From the IMG/VR virus record IMGVR_UViG_3300031234_000003: a stretch of DNA of 64,000 bases, one strand, 5' to 3'. The first letter of the stretch is position 1. The number at the start of each line of letters is the position of its first letter. Below the pieces are notes generated by a model. That model had not been told where the DNA came from, did not search any database, and was given only the letters and a program-made list of their open reading frames with translations. This DNA is from an uncultured virus (IMG/VR IMGVR_UViG_3300031234_000003). Its lineage: Duplodnaviria; Heunggongvirae; Uroviricota; Caudoviricetes. A program made the translations under genes and the position numbers. This document shows, in pieces, positions 30,982 through 43,047 of this stretch.

Positions 30982-32595
30982 ATGGCAGACAGGATCAGAA
31001 ACATTCTGGGAATGCTCGATGAGGGCAAGCGCATCTACAAGATCGAAGAGGGTGAAGTAGACCGCGAAGAATTCGAATATTGTCAGATCATCGACCAACT
31101 GGTTTTCGGGCCGAAGGGCTACGTGGAGACCATTGGGCCAACGTGGAACATGATCCACGACCCACGTTTCAACAAGATCGAGAACACGTTCATCATCAAC
31201 CGCAAGAGCATGTTCGGAGGTGATGCCCGCGTGGGCAAGCAGTACATTTCCTCGGACGGCACGTTCAGTTCCACGGTCGCCGACCTTGAGCAGTACGCGG
31301 AAATCCTCGGCGAAGGACGCCACTTTCACAATGTGCTGGTGCACCCTAATCTGAAGTGCCCCATCCGCAAGTGGCTCGAACGCATTCACACGCCGACGCA
31401 GGCTAAGCCGAACGCCGACCTTCTGTGCATCTGCGACGGCAATGCGAAAGAGAATCCCAAGAGCGTCAAGGACTGGTCGAAGGAAGAAGTCTGGGCGTTG
31501 GTCAAGCAGGAATGCCCCAACTACTTCACCCGCGAAGGCAAGCCGAACTACATCGCTACCCGCCTGTTTGATCTCATGAAGTCCGATCTCCTCGGCATGA
31601 TCGACGATTACGCGGAGACCCCGCTGGTGGACGAATGGACGCTGCTGGATACGGGCGACATCATCGAGCAAAACAACAATCCCGACCTTCTGGATGTGCC
31701 GCCGCAGGTGTTCATGGAAGTGGACCTGCTGGAAAAGGCTCTGACCTACCGGGCAACGCTGCGGGCTACGGCTGCAAAGATTCTGAAGCAGCTTGGTTTC
31801 GACGGCTATCTGGACAGGCTGGCTGAGAAGTACCCCAGCCATGAGCCGCTGCTCACCGATGGCGAGATGGACACGCTTCTCCGCATGATCTATCAGTCGA
31901 ACTGGCCGAGCGACAAGCCGCTGTTGGTAGCCAACCTCAGCAACTACGTTTCTCAGGTTCTCCGCGATCCATACGACGTGCGGCTGGCGGATCAGGTTTC
32001 CCGTGCCTCCGAGCAATCGAAGCAGGTTATCTCCGATCTCAAGACGGGCAAGGCCGAGTGCATCAATCGCTACACCGATCCCGGCGTCGAAGTACCGCAA
32101 GACGAGCACGCGAATCTAGTTGAAGCTATCATTAAGAACCCGCTCAAGCAAGGGCTGTTCCTGATCTACGCCGAAGCTGAGAAGCGCACCATGCACGATC
32201 AGGGGCACGTTACGGGCATTCTGGCAGCAAGTTCTCTCGCGGCTGAGGGTCTGGACAATGTAGGCGACGACGGGCTCTGCAAAAACCCGAATTGCGTGGC
32301 TTGCGTCATCCCCAAGCAGGTCATTGACATCTTGGCTCCCATTTTCTCGGCACCAGATTTCCCGCTGAGCGAAGAGGGCTACACCAAGTTCATGCAGGAT
32401 GTTCAGGCGACAGGATTCTTCGACAAGAAGACCGGGGCGACCCATGAAGGGGATTTTAATCCCGCTCCGACTGGCGACCCGCTCAACATGCGTCCCGAGG
32501 ACATCATCGACCCCAACCGCAAGATCAGTTGGGACAATCCCGAGATCGACGAGGGTTACATCGACCCGATAGACCCAGACGAGCCGTCGCGATAG
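30982..32595 (+). CDS. hypothetical protein (537 aa)
   Basis: Long ORF with GAGGA RBS. Confidence 0.8.
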   Translation: MADRIRNILGMLDEGKRIYKIEEGEVDREEFEYCQIIDQLVFGPKGYVETIGPTWNMIHDPRFNKIENTFIINRKSMFGGDARVGKQYISSDGTFSSTVADLEQYAEILGEGRHFHNVLVHPNLKCPIRKWLERIHTPTQAKPNADLLCICDGNAKENPKSVKDWSKEEVWALVKQECPNYFTREGKPNYIATRLFDLMKSDLLGMIDDYAETPLVDEWTLLDTGDIIEQNNNPDLLDVPPQVFMEVDLLEKALTYRATLRATAAKILKQLGFDGYLDRLAEKYPSHEPLLTDGEMDTLLRMIYQSNWPSDKPLLVANLSNYVSQVLRDPYDVRLADQVSRASEQSKQVISDLKTGKAECINRYTDPGVEVPQDEHANLVEAIIKNPLKQGLFLIYAEAEKRTMHDQGHVTGILAASSLAAEGLDNVGDDGLCKNPNCVACVIPKQVIDILAPIFSAPDFPLSEEGYTKFMQDVQATGFFDKKTGATHEGDFNPAPTGDPLNMRPEDIIDPNRKISWDNPEIDEGYIDPIDPDEPSR

Positions 32596-33258
32596 ACGGT
32601 TACGACGGAATGTGGTATGATAGCCTCGTGAAGAAAATTGTCCACACCGCGACTGGCAGCCGATACCTCATCGACTACGATAACCAGACGTGGGAGCGTT
32701 ACAAGGCAGGCGAGGATTCGGGCGAGCTTCGCTCCGATGGCGGTCAGTTCATCGACATCAGTCCTCTGGAGATAGGCAAGTCCCTCGCAATGATGTGCTC
32801 GCCTTACCACGAAAAAGCGGATGGGCGTGCGATCATCACCAGCGCCGTACTTTCCATTGAGGATGTCCCCGTATGCTGAACACCACCTACCCCAACAAAA
32901 TCGAGATCGCCTATTCCGCCGCCCACTTCCCCGGTGAGAAGCAGATACCGAACGGCATCGAAGTCGCCCGTGGGTCGTACATCGTTTTCGTCGATCAAGG
33001 CATCCCAAAGGGTATGAAGACCCACGTCTTCGAGGTCTGGACCCTGAAAGACGATTGGATCGAGTTCAAGCTGGGCGAAGTCCGCTGGTACGGGGCGTGG
33101 CGTAAGTACGATTTCTCACCCGCCGCAGGTACTCGATTCGAGGAAGTTTGCATGGGCGAGATCAGCGAATTCATCGTTGGGCAGACCAAAGCCCACCGAG
33201 AGGCCAAGAAAAATGCAGTCGTTTAGGGACTATGGAAACACTCATTTAGGGGGTTTCC

Positions 33259-33696
33259 ATGAAATGCGCTCAATGCACTCGTCCCGCACAGGAAGGCAAG
33301 AATCGATGTTCGGCGTGTATCGCAGCGAATAGTCGATACTACGAACGAAATAAAGAAGCTGTTAAAGCTCGGGCTACGGCCCGCCGTGAGGGAAATAGAG
33401 AAGAAAATCGAGCCTACAAAAGATCGTGGCGTGCGAAATTAAAGGCTGAGGTTTTTGCTTTATTAGGTGGAAAATGTGCATGGTTAGGGTGTGATTGGAT
33501 CGACTCCCGAGCCTTACAGATTGACCATAAAAACGGAGATGGAAACAAGGAAAGAGCCAACGGCATAATGGGCACGGGGCTTCTGAGAAAAGTTCTCAAA
33601 GACGGCGGTAAGAGCTACCAATTACTATGCGCGAATCACAACTGGATCAAGCGGGTAGAACAAGGCGAAGTTCGGAACTTTGCTCCCCTAGAATAG
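33259..33696 (+). CDS. HNH-like endonuclease
   Basis: LGGKC..LGC...LQIDHKNG...YQLLCANHNWIK; AT-richer than neighbours. Confidence 0.8.
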   Translation: MKCAQCTRPAQEGKNRCSACIAANSRYYERNKEAVKARATARREGNREENRAYKRSWRAKLKAEVFALLGGKCAWLGCDWIDSRALQIDHKNGDGNKERANGIMGTGLLRKVLKDGGKSYQLLCANHNWIKRVEQGEVRNFAPLE

Positions 33697-34551
33697 GGAG
33701 GATTTCCATGGACAAAGACTGCCCACATTTGATCCCCGACGAGGATGATAAGTGCATCGACTGCGGGGCACCCATCGTCATGCCTGAGCTTCCGCCGAAC
33801 TACGAGCCGAACCTCGGCAACATCATGGAAATCTGTAAGCTCATCGACGAGACTCGCGGAGTCTTCGACAAGCTCATCAAGGCGAACACCGACCCCAAGA
33901 ATCCCGATCTCCCACGTTTGCGTATGGTCGGCGGACAGATGCTACGCCTGCCGCACAAGATGGTCTGCAAGGGCATGATTGGACCGTCGTTCGTCCGGGC
34001 TAAGGCTGCTGGTTACAAAGGCACGCAAGAACGTTGGATGGAGATGGTCTTGGAAGACATCGCCACTCTCACTTCCCCTCCCATCTCCCCCGTGCTATAA
34101 TCTGAGTATGAGCGAGATCACCTACGAACAGCAGATAGACTCCACCCTCTCCCGAGAATGTTTCTACGCGGAGACCGACACCGAATGCGGTTTGTGTAGC
34201 CGCCCGAACTGCACCCATTACTGCCACACCGACCAGTATAAATTCTGGCGAGCGGCGGATAACCTCGCGGCCTTCATCCTGTTGAAGGGCACCAAGGTAG
34301 GGGGCTGCAACATGGTCTCTTACCCCACGGGTGCGAAAGCTCGCGGTGTGGCGGCGGGTGCCGAGGAGACCTTCCGCGAGGAAGACTTCGACGGCGGCGA
34401 AGCCGAAGATGCCTACGAGGACCCGTATGGTTACGGCGTTGAAGAGGACGCAGATCAGGACTAGCGTTCTCATAAGATAGGGGACTCGATTCTGTCGTAA
34501 GCTTCTCTCCCCGCCCTTAATGGCGGTTGCCTAAAAACAGGATCACCCCTT

Positions 34552-34591
34552 AAACGGGAGCCACTGGCAAAGCGGCTCCCGTTTCTCTTTT
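34552..34591 (+). terminator. intrinsic terminator
   Basis: AAACGGGAGCC/GGCTCCCGTTT followed by a T-rich tract. Confidence 0.75.
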
Positions 34592-34676
34592 ACCCCCACA
34601 AAGCGTTGAAAATAAAGGGCAAAAAAGTAGCGATTTCCCCAATGAAATTGGTATAATGAGGCAGGAGAGAACACAC

Positions 34677-35687
34677 ATGGCGAAACCCAAGAAAGTTGCG
34701 GCACCCGTAGTCGAAGCACCAGTGGTCGATAAGGCTGAGACCGTTGCCGAGCTAAGCAGCAAGCTGGTATCCATGCTGAATGTGGCAAAGCTGCCCGTCC
34801 CTACCTCCGCGAAAACTCCCGAAAAGAAAACCACCAAGACTTCGACCTTCACTGGTCGCATGATCGTGTTCGACAGCATCCAGTTCGACGTGAAGACTTA
34901 CGTCGCCGCCGAAGCTGACGCGATCAAGCGCAATATGCTGCACAAATCGAAGACCGTCAAGCAGATGGTCGATGGCGTCGAAGTAGACGTGACCGTGCCC
35001 TGCATGGGCCGCATCAAAGAGAACGGCTCACGCTGCTCGACCTGCAACGTGGACGTGGACAAAGACAGCATCGTGAAGGGCGTCGAAATCAGCAAAGACA
35101 AGTACGTCACCCTGACCGACGAAGAAATCGCTCAATACCGCCCCGCCTCCGACAAACTCATGATCGTCACCGAGACGGTTGACCCCACCGACGTGAACCC
35201 GAAGTACATCGAAGATTCCGAGTACGTCTCGCTGGACGGCGACAGCAAGAACCCGAACGACAAAGTGGGCTACGACCACTTCGTCGCTGGCTTGCGTGAG
35301 AGCGGCCTCTGGGGACGCGGCGTCCGCGTGAAGGGTGGACGTGAGCAATATTTCATCGTGCGTCCTGAGGGCTTCGGCCTGATGATGCACTACCTGTTCG
35401 CGGAGTACGAAGTCCGCAACTGCGACAAGTTCTCGGCTCCTGAGTTGAACCCGGAAATGACGGCGGTGTTCGCCGAACTCGCGGTAGCCAAAAAGGTAGC
35501 GTTCGTGCCCGCCCCGTATGACGGCTCACTCGCCGCCACGCGCAATCTGATTACGGCGAAGGCTGCCGACAAGACTCTGGAATTGCCTGAGGCAAAGGTG
35601 ACGCCTGCTCCTGCGGTCGATCTGATGGCGTCCTTGAAGTCCTCGTTGGCATCCTTGAAGTCGAAGGGTGCAACGGCTGGCAAATAA
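34677..35687 (+). CDS. ku: Ku DNA end-binding protein
   Basis: NMLHK...GRIK...IVKGVEISKDKYVTLTDEEI, LMMHYLFAEYEVR and VDLMASLKSSL, all typical of prokaryotic Ku. Confidence 0.9.
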   Translation: MAKPKKVAAPVVEAPVVDKAETVAELSSKLVSMLNVAKLPVPTSAKTPEKKTTKTSTFTGRMIVFDSIQFDVKTYVAAEADAIKRNMLHKSKTVKQMVDGVEVDVTVPCMGRIKENGSRCSTCNVDVDKDSIVKGVEISKDKYVTLTDEEIAQYRPASDKLMIVTETVDPTDVNPKYIEDSEYVSLDGDSKNPNDKVGYDHFVAGLRESGLWGRGVRVKGGREQYFIVRPEGFGLMMHYLFAEYEVRNCDKFSAPELNPEMTAVFAELAVAKKVAFVPAPYDGSLAATRNLITAKAADKTLELPEAKVTPAPAVDLMASLKSSLASLKSKGATAGK

Positions 35688-38600
35688 GTTCGTGGCGTGC
35701 GTACCCGCAAGGGTTGCACTAAGTCTGGCGCAGTCGGCAGTGAGTGCCCACGCAGACGCAAGTAGCGCCCGCCACTAAGACTTGTGGACCGTGTGTAAAG
35801 CGGGGGTGTAAAGCGGCAGTGTCATCGCCACGACGAAGCCATACTGCGATTGAAGCACGGTTCACGATTAGGCTCTGAGGAGGAGTTATGGCAAAGAATC
35901 TGTATTTTGGGGATGCGTTCCAATCTAGCTTGTCGCGGACGGATAAATGCGTAGCAATTGTGTTCTCTTCCGCCGCCCAAGCACTTCGACTGAGTGATGC
36001 GTTGCAGTTAGCAGCGAGAGCGGGCACCGGCCGTATCAGCATCATGACAGGTCGTGCTCCCCGGCGAAAGAAAGATAATCTCCAACGGATTACCGTCACG
36101 GGACGATAAAAGGCTTGCGGGTAGTTTAACTTGAGAACACCCGATGTTCCTCGGCTTGCCAACGAAGGCTGCCGGGTCGCGTAAAAGTCGGGAAGGTGCC
36201 GTCTCGAAGACGGTCCTGCAAAGAATTTGAGGAGCTATGACAAGAGAAGCCGTTCAGAAACTACCTTTGGGCGTGTACCGCATTTTCTGGAAGAGCGGAG
36301 GCTCCTCCCTTGCCGCTGTCGGAAACGACTATGCTGGCAAGCGTTGGTTCGCCCCCGTCAACTGGATTGGCTTCAAGGTCAAGACCTACGACAACGGATT
36401 TTCAGCAGGGAGCACAGCGCCAGATTCAGACTGGCGATCTGTTGCTCGGGTAGAGTTGATCGCTAAGAATTGACGAGAAGAGACCGCACCCTAACTGGTG
36501 CGGCGGTAGGGCGGGTTCCGCAACAGAGCGGCCCACGGAAGACGACACCCTGTAGCAGCGGGGAGGGCTTAGCGACAAGCACTCGCAGGTGATGCGGGAA
36601 GGAACGGTTAGAAGCCGAACCGCCCTACGCAGATTTGAGGGAGAGGATATGGAGATAAGAACGACGGTATCAAAAGAGTTGGCGAAAAAAATACGAGCGA
36701 ATGTCCCTCCGCAAGTCGCTAAGGAGATTCTCGCTGAAATCAAGCGGGCTCTTGTCTCCGCTCACAATGGGGGTTGTGAGGTTGGTCGGTACAACGCACG
36801 ACAGTCGCAACTTGCCCGTGCTGAACTCGGGATCACCGAGGAGCAAGCTGAGGAGTGGGGACTATTCGATTAACTAAGCTGGTCGCGTGCATGACCGTTC
36901 CACGAGATAAGAGCGAAGGTCGTTAATACGAGAGCCGCCAGCAAATTTATGAGCAAATTCATCAATGTCAGCCGAGTGGACGATCAGGGAGACCGAGTTC
37001 TCCTGTACGGCAAGAGCCCGAACTTCCACGTCATCGCAGGCCCTGAGGATAATGTTCAGGTAGGTGACGAGATCGAGTTCGAGCCCTACGGTCTGAACTT
37101 CGGTTGGTTCAAGCGAAAGGTTGTGGTATCATGACCTACCAGAAGCTTTACGAAAGCGTCCACACCAGCAGTGCAAAATGGCTGGCAGACCGGATGCGAT
37201 ACCTGTACGGCTTCGAGACCGAAGCCGAAGAGGACGACATCGAAGCCATTCATACCGCTGAGCACGAAGCCATGGGAGGCTGCTAGTGAAGATCGAGAAG
37301 CTACAGGTCGGGCAGACGGTCTACAATCTGGAACGCCGGGGCATGGGCAACACCACCCTGCGGACGACCTCCGCATTCGCCATCAAGATCATCGAGATCG
37401 ACCCTGCGGGGCAGTGGGTGAGGGCGTCGTGGAATTTTAACAGCCCCCAGAAGTATCGCGCTCATGAGGTATCAAAGTGGCGCGAGAAGAAACCCATCAT
37501 GCACACGGGCGGGTTCGGTGTCCAACGGCTGGCGACCAAGAAAGAGATCGCATTCGCCGAGGCACAGAAAGCGGGCGGTGTGCCCGAGGGGAATCGCTGC
37601 ATTGTGCACGATATTCCGTTCGGCGAGAATCGCATTGGCAACTTCAACGTCAAAGCCTGCTGGCGATGCTTGGGGAAAGACTAATGGACGATCTGGCGAA
37701 GCGGACCACGGCAGCGATTGACGTGCTCAAGGCGGCTATCGCGGGCGACACGTACCCGATGATCGTGATCGAGAATAGGTTCGGGCGGGGCGCTAAGGAC
37801 CGGAGCCTCGACGCGGTACGGAAAGGGCTGGCGGAACTGGCTCTGGACATCCTGTGTGGGGAGCAACCATTATGTGGATAGTCGTGGAAGACGGGGACAT
37901 TTTCGAGGGTAACGAGCACCATTGGGCCGATTGCTTCTTCACGAACGTGAGCGCAGACACCGTTCTGGGTTTCTGCGAAGCAAACGGCTGGAAAGTGAAG
38001 ATTACAGATGTCAAACCTGAAAATACGCCCGCGTAGGGAACACGAGACGATGGCGGGATACATGGAATCCGACCACGACTACGTGATGAACAACTTCGAA
38101 CTCGCCATCCAATTACTCGACACGCTGGCGAATGCCGAGTTGCTCAATGCGGCAATCAAAGCAAGGGGGAAACGTGCGCGAACGGCCAGTCAGAATCGAA
38201 ACTAGCGAGGGCGGCGTCCTCAAGGTCATCGGCAAGGGCAAGACCGCCTGCATCAACTTCCATACGGGCAGGAACACGTCCTATGGGCTGATCGAGAACA
38301 GCGCGGACCTGCGGCACTTCATCATGACGGCGGCGAAGAGGCTGGCGATTCCTGACGTTCGTCGTCGCTGCGTGTACTGCGGCGGCAGCAAGAACGCGAT
38401 CATCGGCACAGCCGACCCCAAGCACCCGTTACGGGCGGTCCCCTGCCCTGAGTGTCAGCCAGAGGCGTACCGAAAAGAGATGAAAAGGAAACCCCGATGA
38501 ACCGTAAATTATTCGTGTCGTTCACCGCTCTGTTGCGGGAGATCAAAAACGATAGGGTCACCGAGAAGGACTTGGAGCGCGGCCTGTATTACTTCGGCTG

Positions 38601-39014
38601 TACCCGCCGCCATGCGTTCGAGCCCGGAACACAGGGCGAATCGAACGAACTCATGTGGATTTTCAAGGATACCACTGAGGCTCAGGCAACGCATCGGGTG
38701 CTTCTCAAGTACGTGGAGAAAGCCGAGAAGGATGGTCGCTGCGTGTGGCGTGCCGCCGATCAGATGAACTCCTACGAGCAACTGAACGCTCTGCTCGTGA
38801 AGCACGGCTACTCTTACGACCGTGATAAGGGGCCTGCGATCATCACCGAGACCAAGCCCGAGGAGAAGATCGAACTGGTTGAGATCAACCCCAACCACAA
38901 GCGGGCGATCATGTACGAACCCGACAACCGCACGGAGAATCCGTGGTACGCTTACTGCTACCCGGGCGTGCGGGATCGCGTAGAACAAGCGGGACTACCG
39001 CTGGATGTGATCGC

Positions 39015-39566
39015 ATGAGAAAACTCGCCCTGTTGCCCTTGCTCTTGCTCGCCGTCAGCCTGATTGCCCAGACTGCTAAACCGTCGCCCGGTGTCCCAAA
39101 GCTGGCGGTCTGGCAAGTCACCCCAACCGCGAGCGTGCAGTACGACCCCACCGTCTGGAAGCTGGGGACAATGGACGACTCGCAGGTGCTCCTCCTGATG
39201 GATAAAGACAAGGCACCGCGTGCAGACGTAGCCCTGAATGTGACGATCATCCCAGCGACGGACGAGATGGACGCGGCTGGTATAATCGCCAGCCGCATAG
39301 CCAAAACTCAGGATGAAAAAGGCGTGGCAACTCTCTCCATGAAGGAATACCAAGCGGGCGACGAGTACGGCGTGCTGTTCGCCTACACCGCACAAAACGA
39401 CAAGGGCAGGGACTTTGTGATCGGCAGATGGTCTTTCGCTGGTGATAAGCTGGACACCAAGAGTCACAGCGTGATAGAGTTCGAGGGAGTCGTTCCCATA
39501 TCCAAGGAAAACGACGACATCATGTCGAAGATAAACGCCGTGATCCAGACCTACAAAATCAAATGA
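39015..39566 (+). CDS. hypothetical exported protein
   Basis: MRKLALLPLLLLAVSLIA signal peptide. Confidence 0.65.
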   Translation: MRKLALLPLLLLAVSLIAQTAKPSPGVPKLAVWQVTPTASVQYDPTVWKLGTMDDSQVLLLMDKDKAPRADVALNVTIIPATDEMDAAGIIASRIAKTQDEKGVATLSMKEYQAGDEYGVLFAYTAQNDKGRDFVIGRWSFAGDKLDTKSHSVIEFEGVVPISKENDDIMSKINAVIQTYKIK

Positions 39567-39810
39567 AACAGTCACGCTATATCGACACCGCCGCGTTGGA
39601 AGCCCTCGCCGCTCTCTTGCATATCGAGGCTGGCAACCTTTGTGTGGGCTGCAAAGATAACGTCGGCTTCAACCTCGGCGAAGGGCATGGCCTGCGTGGG
39701 AGCCCAATCGCCCCGTTCGATTGCAGGGCGACAAAGCTGCGGAAGCTGACTAAAGACCTGTACAAGATCATCGACGACTACAAAAAGGCGAACGACAAGG
39801 AGCGTGAATT

Positions 39811-40353
39811 TTGGTCACCGAAGAAAAAATAATCTACGTTGTGGTCGCGGAGACTGTCCAGCACCCGACGACGACTACAATCGTCGGTCAACGCCTCGTC
39901 CGTCTCTCTGGAGTTCCCTGCGGCAACAAGACTCGCGACATCGTGCAGATTCCGGGTCGCCTCGCGGCTCAGGCGTGCCACGCGGTTCGTCGCATGGGGC
40001 ACCACATGGTGATCGACGCCGTGAAGGATTTGCTCAGCTTCGCCAACATCGTCAGCTTGAAGAAACTCAAGCAGGCGATTCGTGCGTTGGGCAGCTTGGT
40101 CGTTTACGAACCCATCACAACCATCATCCTCTCGTGCCGCGACAGCTTCGAACTGGAGCACGCTTACAACCTGCTTCGCGATCACGCGGGTGTACTGGCT
40201 TTCAAGTTCAATGACACGAACGCGGCTGTTTACTGCGTCGGTTGCAGCCAGCCATGCAAGGGCGAAGTCACCACGGCATTCGCTACGGTGCCCGTAAGCA
40301 AGGAGCAAGTTCAGGGCTACCTCGACTACCTCCCTTTGTGGACCCCCAAGTAG
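39811..40353 (+). CDS. peptidyl-tRNA hydrolase type 2 (Pth2)-like protein
   Basis: IYVVV...GRLAAQACHA...TIIL...D...TAFATVP...LPL layout of the PTH2 fold. Confidence 0.7.
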   Translation: MVTEEKIIYVVVAETVQHPTTTTIVGQRLVRLSGVPCGNKTRDIVQIPGRLAAQACHAVRRMGHHMVIDAVKDLLSFANIVSLKKLKQAIRALGSLVVYEPITTIILSCRDSFELEHAYNLLRDHAGVLAFKFNDTNAAVYCVGCSQPCKGEVTTAFATVPVSKEQVQGYLDYLPLWTPK

Positions 40354-41795
40354 TTGAAAACAAAGGCATAATTCCTATCGATTTACCTCTCCGTTTGGGT
40401 ATAATGGGGTATGAGAATTAAGCTTGGCACTTGGTACGACAGCGTAGATTACGAAGGCAACGATCTGCCCTCTGCCGTTGCACCCTTCAAGAAAGAGCGC
40501 GGCACACCATTCTACGTTTGTGTCAATCACCTTGGCGGTCACGTCTGGGTGAAGGGCACGGAGTTCCGTCCAATCACCGCCCCCAACGCAGGTCGCATCA
40601 CGGCAAGAGCCACAGTCCATCTTTTGGAGTTGGTATGACCAAAAACGAATTACGTCGAGCGAAAGCACGGCAGGCGCGTTACGCCAAGAAATTGCGTAAG
40701 GCCGCTCTCTACCTGTACGGCACGCCCATCGGCAAGAAACCTCTGATCGCAGCGGTCGGCATCCTGAAAGTGCTCAGCTTGGGCACCAAACGCGGCTGGC
40801 TGTATCCGCAAGAGATTGCAACGCTGGCGAAATTGACGACATCGACGGGTAAGCCTGTCAGAAAGCACGCGACAGCCTGAGGACAATATGCCTTTTCTTG
40901 AAGAAATAAACGAACGGCGTGCGGAAGATCGGCGCAAAGCTGATCGACGCAAAAGCGAGGAAACTGTGGTTCCGTTGTCCTCGTTCTACGAAGTGCCAGT
41001 CGCACCGCCAGTTCGCAAGTCCGTCGTGAGCCAGCAATTCGGCCCGAGAATTTCTTCACAGGTCAGCAATCGGGAAATCGAAAAACAGATGAACGAATTT
41101 TTGGATCGGCTGCTTGACGCTGTACCGAAACCCGAGCCAAAACCACTGTCCGATGCGGAAGTGCTGGCGATACTGGCGACGGAAGCCACGCTGATGTTTG
41201 CCAGCAGCAAGCCGTGTTGGGAACAGGACAAAGCCAAGAGTGCTGGAGCAGGCGAATGAAAGCAAAGCAGAGCAAGGACAATCCGTTCGACATTATTGAC
41301 CGCCGCGTCGAGTGGGTGGAATTCGAGTACCAAGCTGGTCGTGGCTCCAAGCACCAGCTAGTGGACTACGCCAAGCGGTACAAACTGATGTCGGCGATTG
41401 CTCTCGACCGTAACGTCACACCGACCGTCGTGGAAGCGATGGCTTATCTTTTGAACATGGGAGGCGAATGTGAAAGCTAAACTGTTGTTCTTGGTCTTCA
41501 TCGTGGCGGCTGTTTGCTGGTCGCTAATCGTCGTCATGGTCGGAACGCAGCACGGATTCATTCTCCAGCCCTACCTCGACAGTCCATGGTCGAGCGGCAT
41601 CGTGGGTATTTTCGGCGGCTTCATGATTGTCGCCCTCGGACTGCGGGTCTACAGCAGCGCCTCAGCGAAGGAATTCCTGAAACGGTTGCAGAAGGCTCCC
41701 CGGCACACCATCGCCACGAATGATGGCTACGCACTGGACAAGTGCCAGACCATGTACCGCGAACCTTACATCGTGACCGACAGGCAGACAGCACG

Positions 41796-42101
41796 ATGAT
41801 CTTCACATTCGGCAGCAACGAGCAGGGCATCCACGGCGGCGGGGCGGCAAAAGTCGCCCGTGAGCAACACGGAGCCATCCTGCATCAGGGCTTCGGGCCG
41901 CAGGGCAACTGCTTCGGTATCCCGACTTGCCACGTACCCGTGGGTCGCCCGGGCTGGCAGATTCCGTTCGGCAAAGTCCAGTTCTACATATCGTGCTTCT
42001 TGATGTACGCCGATCAGGTAGCCGCCGTGGATCGCGAGGAGTGGTTCAAGGTCACCCAGATTGGCTGCGGCTTTGCGGGCTGGACGAAAGAACAGAAATG
42101 A
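41796..42101 (+). CDS. A1S_2505-family phage protein, probably C-terminally truncated
   Basis: IFTFGSNEQGIHGGGAAKVA...GIPT...FKVTQIGCGFAG signature. Confidence 0.8.
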   Translation: MIFTFGSNEQGIHGGGAAKVAREQHGAILHQGFGPQGNCFGIPTCHVPVGRPGWQIPFGKVQFYISCFLMYADQVAAVDREEWFKVTQIGCGFAGWTKEQK

Positions 42102-42517
42102 CTTTGACCTTCGACAACCTGCTCGACACGGGAGTTGAGATTCGTACTCATGGCAACTGGACCCCGAAGGACTCGGAAGAACGCATTGTCCGTGTGCCCC
42201 GCCAGTTGATTGAGAACCTGCGATTGCTTCCACGCATCGGAGATTCCAATCTCGTATTCCCCACGGCGAAGGGTCACATCAACAATCACCTGCTTCGTAC
42301 TTTGAAGCGTACAGCCATGCGTGCGGGACTCGACCCTGCCGATGCTTGGTTGCACAAATTTAGAGCCACATACGCCACGCATCTTCTACGGGCAGGATTC
42401 CCTATCGTAGACGTGGCGAATCAACTCGGGCATTCCAGCATCAAAACGACGCTTCGTTATCTGGCGTTGTTGGGCTGTGATGTCATGCAGACGAAAATTG
42501 AGGCGGTGTGGGGGTAA
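42098..42517 (+). pseudogene. tyrosine recombinase C-terminal fragment
   Basis: HKFRATYATHLL...LGHSSIKTTLRY; the N-terminal domains and first catalytic Arg region are absent. Confidence 0.8.
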
Positions 42518-43047
42518 CGTTACCAAAGAAAGGCGGGCATTCCTATCGAATGGGGATGCCCGCTTGGGTATAATTGAACATGACAATCTTAATCGTTGGC
42601 TTCATCGGCACCCTTGGACTGGCACTCAGCTTCGGTCGCAACGCCCAGACGGGCGAGTGGGACGGTGGTCTGGGTATCGGTCTTCTGATTTTTGCGGCGA
42701 TACTCGCCTGCGTGTAAGCCCCTTTTCAAGCAGCAATGATGCGGTTGATCTGTTCGTTCCAAGCAACCTTCAACGCCGCTGGAACGTCGGCGGCTTCCAG
42801 GAAACATTCTGATGGGTAAGGACCCATGCCCAATTTGCGCTACGCCTAAGACGAAGCTCGTTGACGGGCGTATTCTGTGCGGCGGTTGCGGCCTAGACAT
42901 ACCACTCTTGCGTCTTCGGGGCTATCTTCGTGGTGACAAGAAACTTGTCGGCTTCGACAGAGCGACAAGGCTGTATGAAAAGGCTCAGATCACGGTATCG
43001 TTCGGAGAGTGGTTGGTGCAGAACAATCTCGAACTGGTAGGCAAACC

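Noticed and set aside
42098..42517. Functional integrase or prophage boundary
   Set aside because: Only the C-terminal fragment is present, and no att site or host genes are visible.
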